NCBI RefSeq assembly: GCF_036321535.1
Contig: NC_087437.1
Location: forward strand, 103,480,001 to 103,544,000
From: Camelus dromedarius
Taxonomy: Eukaryota
Direction: 5' to 3'
DNA length: 64,000 bases
The notes below the pieces were generated by a model. It searched no databases, was not told where the DNA came from, and saw only the letters and a program-made list of their open reading frames with translations. The translations under genes were made by a program, and so were the position numbers. This document shows positions 12,852-24,631 of the stretch, piece by piece (positions within the stretch are counted from its first letter, which is position 1; every line of letters starts with the position of its first letter).

Positions 12852-14144
12852 CATTTGATCAACTGATTCTGTGAATGATCACAAGTGACAGTTAACTTTG
12901 GTTCCTAAATATAAGCTAATGATATTAAGAGATTCCTTTTATTGCTTCAGTTCAGACCCTAGTTTCACAAGGAAAAAAAAAAATTAAGATAAACCCTGTT
13001 TAAAAAAAAAACATTTTAGTGCTAAATTATATTTTTTACACATCAAAAGCCTGATTAACATACGATGCATATAACAGCTAGCCAGCCTCAGCACACAGAT
13101 CACTTTATAAATCAACATAGTCTATTTTTTATCAACACCACAAACATTATTGGAGTTGTCAATTTAACATTGATTTACTTATTTTTTTTTAATTTCAAAT
13201 ATGGCAACTATAAACACCTGGGTTTCCGATTTATGAGGCAGTTGAACACAGTCACCAGAAATTCAGCGTAAATGTATCAAGATTTTTCCGTCCACCACAA
13301 ACACATTTTTCTTCCTTCTGTGCCTGTATTCTTTAAGAAAACCAGTCCATCTCTCCTAATCCCCATTCCTCCCCCATGAAACCCAAACTCCTCTCTTCCT
13401 GTCTAGGTTATCAGTGACATTATCTCTTGCTCCATTAAACCTCTGTCCCCTCTAGGTAGCTAGTACTGATAGGTCTTTTTCTCCACCATAGTACATATTG
13501 TTTGTACCTCTCCTTTTGGCAGAGAATCTACAATCTCGCTGGCATTACCAATTCTCCCAGAAATAGAGCTAAACACCTGCTGTGAGTCAGAGATTTTAGA
13601 TCATTTCACACCCTTTGCTACTGCGTCAGCCTAGGGATAGGGAAATGGAACAGTGGGCATGGTCAACTTCTGAACTCCATCCAAGATATACTAGCTCTGC
13701 CCCAAAAAACAACAACAACACACACACATGCACACGCACACGCACACTCAGAAATTTACCAGTGTTCCCATTGTATTCATAGGTGGAGCATTAGAAAAAA
13801 TTATACATTTTTACATGGCAGGCAATGTAGGAGCTGGTGTTGCCGTGGTGGGTAATTACAGCTGGTTCTTTCTCTCGTAGACCCTTTGGCAGCTTTCTCA
13901 GATCCCTCATCCCCCAAAATTCCAACTGATAACCACTCCATAAGGAAGCTGTTTTTCCCAAGGCTGGGTATTTACAATCCCCCTTTTAGCAAGATTCTTT
14001 CTGATACGACACACAGATAGAGCCCCTCCCCACAAACCACCCTCCCTCCCTCTTTAACCCTCTGTTCCTTTTTAATTTTTACTGGCATGATGGGGTAAGA
14101 GTGCCAATACTAATTTTTTCACATTTCTTGGCAAGCTCTACACA

Positions 14145-15110
14145 GGTTCATTTCTTCGACAATACATTTTCTTGAGTGCCTGTTAACAGTGGGCACTGGG
14201 GATATATCAGGAAACAAAAGAGAAATCAAATTCTGCCCTCTTTGAGCTTAGAAACATAATAAAGATTAAACAACATAATAAAGATTAAACATTCAGTGTG
14301 CTAAGGATGGGAAATAAGCAGGAAAGATGATATAAAGCATATTTGTGCAGGTGAGTGGGTAGAGCTGAAGATTTAGACAGGGGTGTCCTGGGCAGGCCTC
14401 CTCCCTGAGAGCATTACTTTTGACTACTTGTGACTGTTTTTGAGCTAACAGGGAGAGACGATGAGCCTTGGTGATATGGGAGAAGGTCTTTCCAGATAGA
14501 ATGATCAGTATGTTCAAGGTTCCTTGAGGTGAGACTATACTGGCAGAAGCCAGCATCAATGGAGTGGACTGAGGTGGGCTAGGAAGGTGGAGAGCAGTGA
14601 AAGGGTGAGGGCGGAGGTGCACCCTATGCCACTAGTGGGTCTTGTAGGCTCTAAGAAGGACTCGGAGTTTTGCCCTGCGTGAGACAGGAGGCCACTGAAA
14701 AGCCTTAAGCAAAAGATGGAAACGATTCTGTTTATGCTTTAATATGGTGACTATGATCACTGTGTTAAGACTACTCTAAAGAGCACAAGGGCTCGAACAG
14801 GAAGGAGGCCCGTTATCCAACCCTTGTAATAATCTTCGTGAGAGAGAACGTGACTTGTACCGAGATGGTGATGACTGAGTAGACAGATGAGCAGTTGTCA
14901 GGTTTGGGGTATGTTTTGAAGGTAAAGTCAACGTGAGTCATTGAGAACTAGACATGTGTGAGAAAGAGAAGGATCAAGGATGACACTGAAGCCTGTGGCT
15001 TCAGCAAACAGAATAATGGAGTAAACAGTGGTTGAGATGTTACTGATCGCAGGAGCAGGCTTGCTGGATAGGTGTTTACATTCTGCATTAATAAGCTTTT
15101 GATTTGACAA
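14145..15110 (-). mobile_element. L2 (L2a-like) fragment, about 1 kb including the 3' end
   Basis: Antisense L2 motifs 'ttgagtgcctg...gcactggggata', 'gggcaggcctcctccctgag', 'gggtcttgtaggctctaagaaggac', 'atgttttgaaggtaaagtcaac' and 'ggatcaaggatgacac'. It accounts for ORFs 14293..14622 and 14928..15110. Confidence 0.85.
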
Positions 15111-15119
15111 TAAACAGCC

Positions 15120-15500
15120 ACAGAAGGTCAGTAGATTTTGTTATATGCCTCCTCATATTCAGTGAGAGAAATGCTTAATCTGCAGCTGGGCTAAGTGGGC
15201 CCGGGCCAAGGTTTTTATGTCGTCTCTTTCTAGGACCCAGGAGGAAGAAGCAGCTTCTATATTGAGCAAGCTACTCTGACTGAGGCAGAAGCTGGAAAGG
15301 GAAAGGGAGGAGGAACAGACCTGAAACACACAAGGGTGTTTATAGCCCTCGTTTGAATGTGACTTATGTCATGCATATCAACATTCCATTGGGCAAATCA
15401 ACTTATTTGACCAAATCCAAAGTCAATGGGCCCGAGAAAATACTCCTGCAAAGAAGCACGACAAGAGTAGGAAGGAAATAAATAAATGTGAACCAATGGC
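15120..15500 (-). mobile_element. Old MaLR LTR (MLT1I/J2-like)
   Basis: 'ctaggacccaggaggaagaagcagc' and 'cattccattgggcaaatcaacttatttgaccaaatccaaagtcaatggg'. Confidence 0.6.
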
Positions 15501-16889
15501 ATGCTTCATTTTCAAATATTTTTTCTAAGCTAGGTTTTTTCTTCCCTTCCAGAAATAAAATCACCCCAAAAAGTCAAAATTGACAATACTGATCTCCATC
15601 ATTGCAAATGCACTTCCATCTCATGATTACTGTTGGTCTAAAACCCAAATTAACATGTTAAAACAAATTACATTTCAATCATCCATTTTCTGTTCAGACT
15701 GAATGAGTTGGTAGAGGGTTAATCTGTTCTTTTTTTTTTTTTTTTTTTTTTCCCCTTCAGTGGTTGCTGCTGTTATTTTGATGCTATTAACTTGTATCCA
15801 CATCCCACCAGACAGCATCTTTTCTAGATATGAAGCTCCTTGGCACTTCGTCTGCCCAGAATTATTGTTGTATATTCACAGTTGTCAAGAGATTTTTCAC
15901 AAACAGAAAGAACCACAGAACCCAACAAAGGAAATAAACTATTGAATTTGATAAAAGAAAATAGCTCAAACAAGTTGGATATGACCTTTTCACTGAAGGA
16001 ATCTCTTGATATTTTTATATAATGGTGTACAATAGTTTCTTATCATTCTAAGAGAGAATTCTAAAAGCTTCCTATCTCTGAGACAGAGTAAAAGCCAAGA
16101 TCTTGCCAGCGGATGAAACCATGTTTTTAGAATGAGCACAATTACATATTTTTAGGTTACTACTGGGAAGGTGAAAAGTCATTAGAACAAGAAGCAGAAC
16201 TGAAATATTTGGATATTGGAGGTGGTGTTTTATTTTGTTTTAAAAGTTAAAATCTGCAGGAATTTGCTGAGAATGCTTTCTTTTGCTCTGTAATTTAGGT
16301 ATAGCCAGATATTGGTTGAGATGGAAGTGAAGGTATAAAGGCCTCATCGGGTGATTAATTATTATAAACCAATTACATACTACTGTATCTCAAAATTTAT
16401 TTTAAAATTGTGCTATACCACCCAAAGTCTCCATCTAAAATACATTTAAACCAGTGGTCATTTTTTTTCTCCACAAGTTCAGTAAAAAAATGTTTTACTT
16501 GACATCTAGGATGTATATAATGGATGTGTGTGTGTGTGTGTGTATACACAAATACATGCATATATTAATATATGTATGCATTCACATACATTCATATATA
16601 TACACACCTATGTATATATTATATAAATACTGGCATGCATGAAACAAATATTTCATGAAACTATAATATTATTACATATGTTTGACTCTGATATTTCTGT
16701 TCTATTTGATCAAAAAAATATATCTAGCTATACTTAAGTTGATTTCACGAGCCATCAGTTTGAACAACACTGTTTCAAATCTGTTTAAATACTGTTATTC
16801 AACTCTTTGTTAATTAAAAAAAAACAAAAACAAAAACAAAAAACTGGGCTTAGTGAAAACACAAATTATAAAATAATACTTGATATCTC

Positions 16890-17290
16890 AAGAAGGGCTG
16901 GAGAGTAATGTTTGGAGTTTATACAACCAGAGGTTACACTCAAACCATATGGCAGGACTGTTTTTAATCCACCACTTTTGCTGCTGGGCAGAAACAGCTC
17001 AGTTTTTGTCACAGATACTAGATATGGTGTGTTACCTTTGGAAGCTTTGCTTCCACTGCCACTGAGCAGGCATGGGGGTCAGTTGCGGGGGTGGGGGGGC
17101 TGCCATTTCTTGGTGTCTCTAGTTTAAAGAATATAAGGCTCAAGCTGGATTTCTGATTGTTGGGGCTCATGTCACATAGCTGAATACATCCAATAGGAAG
17201 TCTTCTTAGATGAGTTTCTACCTTGGGGAGGGACAGACTCTCCGCCTGGTCAGTTTCACCAACCTAGGAAGCATTTCTAAACCTTCTGGA
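16890..17290 (-). mobile_element. Probable very old MaLR LTR remnant
   Basis: 'ctgattgttggggctcatgtcacatagc' and 'tttctaccttggggaggg' resemble the oldest MLT1 subfamilies. Confidence 0.35.
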
Positions 17291-18540
17291 CCAACAAAAA
17301 GTGTGACAAATGATATTTATACTACAACACAGAAAATCTGCCCTGTGTTTACAGATCTTCACAATATGAGATTTCCCTATCTAGAAAGCTACAAAAAGAA
17401 GAAAACCACAAAATTAGCTAAAATATATATAACACAGCATAATACAGTAGTTTGGCTGAGTTAATCCTGTGTACATTGTTACATATTTTCCACAGATATT
17501 TTCACTAATTGATTCTAGTTAATGCTTTGTTAAGACAATGGGAGACAGTCTAATTTAATGTGTGATAAATACATTTCCCTGATGGATATGCATTATGTCA
17601 TCCTAAATTACATAATACATCTGACAAATCAGTGAGAGTTCAGTTTACCTTAGACATGCATGACAAATGAAAACAATTAGAGACTCGAAAATCATGTTTA
17701 CTCCTTTTCCGTTTTATAACAACCGCCTAGAAGTCTCCATTAAGACGTTTATTTAATGTTGATAGTTTTAATAAAAGTTATTTTAGAAATAACAGGTTAA
17801 TGATTATAAATAATCAGACAATGACAAAATAAATAACATATGAGATTATCACAGAGCTTCAATATCACCTAGAAATATATAAATTGACCGTTCTGACATA
17901 TGTAAAAGATAAGATTCAAGTTATATCTGATAGAAACTTAAAACAATCCATATACTACATGGGCTTAAAGAAAGAAAATTTTTTTCACTCTAAGGTGAAA
18001 GGCACTTTAAAGGCAAAGAGGATTCATTCTTTATTTTTTAACTGCAATAAATAAGTAAATAAATAAATAACCCCTGATTTTCAATGATACAAAAGTGGAA
18101 GGATAAAAGCTTCTCCATCTTTAACATTCTAAGACTTAGAAAGTGTGCTGGTCTTCAAATACTTCCTTTCTTAATAAACTACAATTGGGAGTTAGTTTTA
18201 GTTCAAGAATTTTACCACAGACCCTGAAGAAGATGCACTTGAGAGGTATGCCCCAGTCTCTTTCACCTTTAGAGAATAGTATCTATAAATTGGTATGATT
18301 TTTAATGGAGAAGATTATCAAATAATCTCTGGTGAACAAAACCTAAGTATTAATTCTGAGAGTGCAAAGAAAAACTAGTGAATGGGGATCCAGCTGTTCT
18401 TTCTTTGAGCCTCCCCAGTCCAGATGTGTAAGATGTCTTCTTGGCTCCCCAGAGCCTGCCCCCTTCCACATTCATGACTTTATAAGTTAATTAGTCATGA
18501 ATGTATTCACTCAATACGTATTTGCTTATTTTTTATGATC

Positions 18541-18815
18541 AGTTATTAATTCCATTTCCAGCCCCTCTTCCCTCTCTAGAGAAGATAAGGGGGCACTGAA
18601 AATTCCATGCTTCTAATTACGGCTTGGTCTTCGTTGTGACCAGCCCCCTTCTGGAAGCCATCCAGCAGCCCACCCAGAGTCACCTCATTAAAACAAAAGA
18701 CATCCCTAGTGCTCTTATCACTTAGGAATTTACAAGGGTTTTAAGAGCGATGTGTAGGGGACTGGGGACAAAGGCCAAATATAAATATTTCTCATTATAA
18801 ATCACAATATCATAA
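18541..18815 (-). mobile_element. MER21-like LTR, 5' portion
   Basis: 'ccagcccctcttccctc', 'ggcttggtcttcgttgtgaccagcccc', 'gagtcacctcattaaaacaaaagaca' and 'aaatatttctcattataaatcacaatatca'. Confidence 0.8.
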
Positions 18816-18924
18816 CATATAAGTGTTTATTGTCTTAGGTTCACTTCCTTCTTATAAAATGTAGCATACAACGTATGCTGTCTTGCACACCTTCCTTTTT
18901 AAAAAAATATAAATGTATATTATA

Positions 18925-19237
18925 CCTTTCTGCCTGACCCCATCCCAGCAACCAACAATCTATTCTCTGTATCTGTGAACTTACATATTTTTAGATTCCA
19001 CCTGTAAAAGAGATCATATGGTATTTGTCTTACTCTGACTTTTTTCTCTTAGTATAATGCCCTCGAGGCCCATCATGGTTGCAAATGGTGAGATCTAATT
19101 CTTCTTTAATGGCTGAATAACATTCCACTATTTATTCATTCATCTTTTGATGGACACTTGGGCTGTTTTGATATCGTCGCTGATGTAAATATTGCTGCAA
19201 TGAACATGGGGGTTCATACGTCTTTTCAAATTAGTGT
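18925..19237 (-). mobile_element. L1 3' fragment (ORF2 C-terminus/3'UTR, L1MA-like)
   Basis: 'ttttagattccacctgtaaaagagatcatatggtatttgtc' and 'gatggacacttgggctgttt...tattgctgcaatgaacatggggg'. Confidence 0.88.
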
Positions 19238-21055
19238 GTGTCCACACTGGAGGGAAAAAAAAAGAGCCATTCAAACATTTCGCTCGATCACCATAAAACA
19301 CCTTTTTAAGGGAGCAGATTATAGAAATAGTTATGAAAGGATATAATTTATTCACTAAGTTTTATATACCTGATGTTTAGCTTGTATATAAAATAAAGAG
19401 CTGCACTCTGTGAAAGAAAGAAAAACTATATTCCTGGGACTTGAGATGTTCTCAAACTGAGAAGGCATTGGGATAACCTCTTAAGAACTTAATGGTCTGC
19501 CAGCTTATCTACTCTGTCACATTCTTAAATGCTTCATTTGGGGATGTTACAGCCACCACCTCAATATGGAATGTTTGTGTACAAATATTTTAAGTAGTCC
19601 CTTCTGCAACAAAGACAGTTGAATTGAGGGGGTCCGGTCATTATAAAAGAAGGTTAAAACAGAAAACCTTAAACTACTTTTAGCAAAGGTCTTCTGGTGT
19701 ATTGAATTCACTCTATAATATGGTGGCAACAGAATCAGGATACGATCAGTAGGAAGAACCCAATGCAACTGAAATAAATGGACCACAGCTGTTGTACCAG
19801 TCATTGTGGAAGGAAGAGAGGACCAAGACTCTCAATGAGGAAGACAATGAACTCCATATTTATAAACAGGAATACTTAGTTGCAGTTTATTCATACTCTA
19901 GCCTCCAAAACCTATGTTTGCTGATTGACATGACTCCTTCTTGACATCGCTTTCTAATCACTTACATCATTTCCTGTTTCCACTAGATTTTCAGATGGTG
20001 TGTATGCACACAAATGCACAACACACAAAGACTTGCTAATTAAAATTTAAGTTAATATTGACTTTGACATTATTGTTACATGCATTTTTTTAACCCCTTA
20101 AAATGTTAAAGAAATAAAAATAATGTGGGCAAAGTCATAAGTATAAGGAAATAGTCTCAGATTACGTTCCACCACTTTTGATTAAATCAATGTTGTCTCA
20201 TAAATGTTCTTTTAGATGTTTTATGAGTATTTTAAAAATAATTTTTATTTGAATTTGAAAATCATAGTGTGAATTTATTTTACTATGGCAGGTATATGGT
20301 CCTAATTATATTTCACTTAGGATATTAGTAAGTTACCTTATGTTACCTGAATCTCCACTTTTGTGGCAGAGGTAAGTGGCTGAGGCTTGAATTGACAGAT
20401 TGGGAAAGGATAGTATCTGATCCAACTTTTGCCACAGGCAAGTCACATGTGGATAAACAAAGTTAATTGAATATAATTCATAGGAAAAGCCAAATGCTGA
20501 ATTTGTAATCATCTGCATTTATTATAAAAGCCTAATTGGCATCATGTAGCTGAGAAAATTGAATTATCTGTAATATGTAGGAAGAGGTAACAATGATGTT
20601 TCTGCATTTATTCTCATATTCTAGGGGCAAATATATTTTTAGAAAATAATTTTATATGTTCCAGTTTAATCTCTGACTCTATTTCTGGATTTCTGGATCT
20701 CATGTTGGCATTTGTATTTCAGCCTCAAAGTCATAAAAATGAATTTGAGTCAGAAAACGTTCCCAGTTCCTGGCCTTGATAATGAGTAATGTCTATTCTT
20801 TTCCAAGGTTCAACCTTCTCTTGGGAGGGAAAATTGCCTGTGATATTCTCCTTTTGCCTTGCCTACTGATTTAATTGGGCAAAGTCAGGTAATCTTGGGT
20901 CTTTGTACAATGTTCTAATCATTTTTTGTCCTAACTCAGTTTTAGCCCAATTATACTCCACTTCCTAAAAAGGCATAATTTTTAGGAAGCTTCCAACCCA
21001 ATCCTGAGTAATGAATTCTTAGAGTCGCCCCTTCCAGTCTAATTCTCCACTACTA

Positions 21056-22143
21056 TGTTAACAAAAAATTAAGCAGTTGATCTAGGAAAGAAATGGAAAA
21101 TATTATTTGAGCCAAATTTGAGGATTATAACCCAAGAAGAGCATCTCAGAAAGCTCTAACAACTGTTCCTCTGGTTAGAAATCAAGGCACAGTTATTTAG
21201 GTTTTTTTGAGATAGAGAGTTTTAGAACAACTGATATATTATTGACAGTGTACATAATCCGGATCTTAGTGTCATCCTGGTGGGATCTTGTTAGAGCAGG
21301 TAGATAGCTAGATATGAGCAGAGAAAGAAGGACACAGGCCAATGGCAGGAATGGGCAGAAAAAGGAGGGGTACAGGCCAAATGGCAAGAAACCATACGTC
21401 TTGTGAACAACACATTCCTTGAGCAGAAAAAGAAAAGCAAGAACCTCTGGGCTGATAAGTGTTCACACATTTTGGGGTGATAAGTGTCCTAGAGGCTGAC
21501 AAAGAAAGGTGGGAGAAGGCAGGAATATCCAGCATCCAAATGTAACCTTTTGCACATTATGCCCTCATTACAAAAAATTAGCCTTGCAGATTAGAAGTAT
21601 CCAACATGCACCAACCATGACACTCCTGATCAAAACTAAATAAGGACAATAATCCCTCCTCCCTTTAAGAAAGTGGAGCTGGGATAGAAATCAGGGAATA
21701 TGGCCCCAAACCCTTCCCTCTCTAGTGAATCACCCATTTATTTTTATACTCTATGTAACAAACTTGCCAAAGAAACTTGGGGGCAGCTGCTTACCTGAGT
21801 CTGCCCGTTCTCCTCTTGAAAGCATACTGTCTACCCCTTAATAAATCCCCACTTTACTTTCTTGACTTCCATCTCTCATCTCTGAATTCTTTCTGCAATG
21901 AGATGAAACTAAATTGCTGGCAACAATGTGACCCCTTACGAGCTCAAGAAGGAACGTTATATTTTAAGGAGTTGTCTTGTTGATGCTAAGAGAATGTTGC
22001 TCTTTATGGTTGAGCAAGTATTCCTGCCAATAAGGGGGTTTGGTTGATGCATAATGTGAATACACAACGTCCAGTGAGGGGAGAAGACTTTTTTATATTT
22101 AATTTTTTCTTGTCTTCCCATAAAATAGGAATTTTATTTCACA
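21056..22143 (-). mobile_element. ERV1-class solo LTR (MER41-related), split by a second LTR
   Basis: Termini tgttaac...(21056) and ...tttcaca (22143). The antisense U5/R block is 'tttgagccaaatttgaggattataacccaagaagagcatctcagaaagctct'. Confidence 0.7.
21289..21925 (+). mobile_element. ERV1-class solo LTR (MER50-like start), nested
   Basis: tgttagagcaggtagatagctagatatgagcag...aataaa (21840-21845)...gctggcaaca. Flanks are ATCT and ATGT, a 4-bp TSD with one mismatch. Confidence 0.78.
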
Positions 22144-24361
22144 GTGTTGTGGCCACTGCTGGTAGTCATGGCTACCTTCTTTTATTTTTTTCTGGGGCTG
22201 CTGCAAAATGTCACCATTTCCACTGGATCTTGTTCTGGTTCCACACCTTCTACTTCTTTGGGTCACCTGTTGTCACCAGTGCTGCTTCTGCCCTCAAATC
22301 CAACACCACAAATTTGAATCTTGTTCCAGTTATTCTGCTATAAATTGTGGTGGAGCTCTGCTCTGATTATTTCTTCTGCCTTAGCTCTTTCTCTTGGTAT
22401 GGCTTCACTTGCTGAGAGTATACAACTTCTGAGGGTGAATCCTATGCCACATGTGGGTTATAGCTTCTTAGGTCAGCTTAGTTCACCAAGCATGTTCAGC
22501 TTTCAGAATAGTACCCAGCACAGTAAGTGTAGGAGAAACAGGGACAAGTAAGACACCACCTCAGCCCTTAGGGAGCTATTCAGTTGGCTGGGCGGAAGAA
22601 AGGAAACTGCAAATCAATGTAAGTGCTACTTAATAGTACCAACAATTTCACTATTGCTTCTCTGGTTCCAGCACTTACCTTTACAGAGACCCATTGTGGA
22701 CAATCTAGACCATGGTAATATATATATATATATTTTAACGTTAGCTAAAATAGGTCCTGGTATTTGGTCTCCCCGACAGATCATCTGAGTCTCATCTTTT
22801 ACTGTTTCCCACTTGCAAATCCTACACAGTATTGACAGCTTGCTCTGCTCTGCCTAAAAGTAGACATTAGGATCTAGATGATAAAACAGACTGCTTTTTT
22901 GCATATACCACTTAAAAAATTATGTTTATGAAATGCTTTCTTTATGTAATAAATCAATAAATGCATCAGCTTTTTACAAACACTAAACACCACAAGAAAG
23001 AACTGTATTTTCACATAAACAAAATAAAATTTTAAATGAGTTCATAAAATTCCAAATTGCTATACCCCTTTCTAGATTGTGATTAAAGAATTATACTTCT
23101 TTAAACTGTACCTAGGAGATGGGGGAGATATTCTTCTTAAATATTTTCCTAACTTCTAGAATAAAAGTAAGAATCATAAACTACAGCAAGGACAGATTTT
23201 ACATTTTAATTAGTATCCAAAGCATACAGCATCCTTCATTTTTTAAGCATAGTAACAGCATCAGATGAATTCTTCATTATCTGTAATTTACCCTCAAATA
23301 ACAAACTTGTATTCAAGTCAGTAAATTTTCTCAGTTCTTGGCCCTGAGTGTATCTATTATACTTTCCACACAACAATTAATGCTCATGAATTTTTATGAA
23401 AGCAACTTAACAATATATTGTAACTGAGTCTATATGCACATAGCGAATTGGGGAATTGTCATACTGAGAGATATAATGCAAATTACATAGTATTTCCAAC
23501 TAAGATACCTGCCTATTTCAGGTCAATAGTCTTTTGGCTTGAATTGCAAAAATTTTTCCAACACACTCTTTGGCATGTATGAGCATGATCTTAATCAGTC
23601 TTATCATATCTGGTTTCCAAATGTCACTGCGTTTAAGCACTTAATAATTAAATATGGATGATAAAACATTCCCTGGCATTAAAATGGTACACTGGACTGT
23701 AAAATTCACAATAGAGACACTAAAAATTAAGGTGACAGTCAATAGCCAGATGGCTTCTCTGATGTTCTAAAATACACATGAAAGATTTTATTAATTTAAC
23801 CACCATCTGGGATATAGTTGAAAATTAGCATCTATGGGCAGTTAAATCCAGATAGAATCTGGATTTCACAATGTGTTCTTCTCCAACTTCCGCTTTTTTT
23901 TCTCTTTGGCGACAATGCATAGGATCATTGTAGCTCTTTCCCATGTGCATGCAGAAATTGGATACCTGCCTTCTGTCAGGATGATATTGTTAAAAGTACT
24001 TGAAACTGAAATGAGAAAACACTTTTGTATATATCCACAAAGTGGTAATCAATTCTAATACAAATCTTAGATCGTTGCCTTATGAAACCTATTGTTATAT
24101 GCTCTCAACAATTAACATTAATTTGATTTCATCTTCACTGGCTCCTGAAATTTTTCACCTTGAATATAATTTTCAAATAAAAAAAAAACTAAGGAACAAT
24201 TTTTCCCAAATAAGTGTATATCCAGAGATGTGAATTAGCTCTGAACTTTTAAGAAATATTCTGCCCTTGGATAAGCAGGTCAACTCTGCTTAAGTATAAT
24301 GCAGTTTCGCTCCTGTGAATTTAAGGTATTGTCACTCCAGATGGCATTAGCTCTACCAGAC

Positions 24362-24631
24362 CAAGGATTGGCAAACTGGGACCCCTGACCCATATCCAGC
24401 TCTCATGTTTTTCCACTGTCATTGCATTAAGGTTATTTTTGTTTTGTTTGTTATACTTTAAAGGATTGTAAAAAAAATCAAACAAACAAACACATAAATC
24501 TTAAGAAGAATATGCGACAGAGAGTATATGCCAGCAAACATAGTTACTACCTTTGCATATACATTAGGCGCAGTCTTTGCAACCTAAGATATCTACTCTC
24601 TGGCCCTTGACAGAAAGTTTGCTAACCTCTG
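24362..24631. mobile_element. MER58B-like hAT-Charlie element
   Basis: TIRs 'caaggattggcaaact' and 'agtttgctaacctctg', with internal 'gaagaatatgcgacagaga' and 'ctactctctggcccttgacagaaag'. Confidence 0.82.

Noticed and set aside
17074..17099. G-rich tract as a G-quadruplex
   Set aside because: It has only three separate G runs and an 8-nt loop, and it lies inside a probable old LTR. It is marginal.
19720..19940. Protein-like reading (EEPNATEINGPQLLYQSLWKEE...) suggesting a processed pseudogene or exon
   Set aside because: There is an in-frame stop upstream, no polypyrimidine acceptor, no poly(A)/TSD and no parent gene that I recognise.
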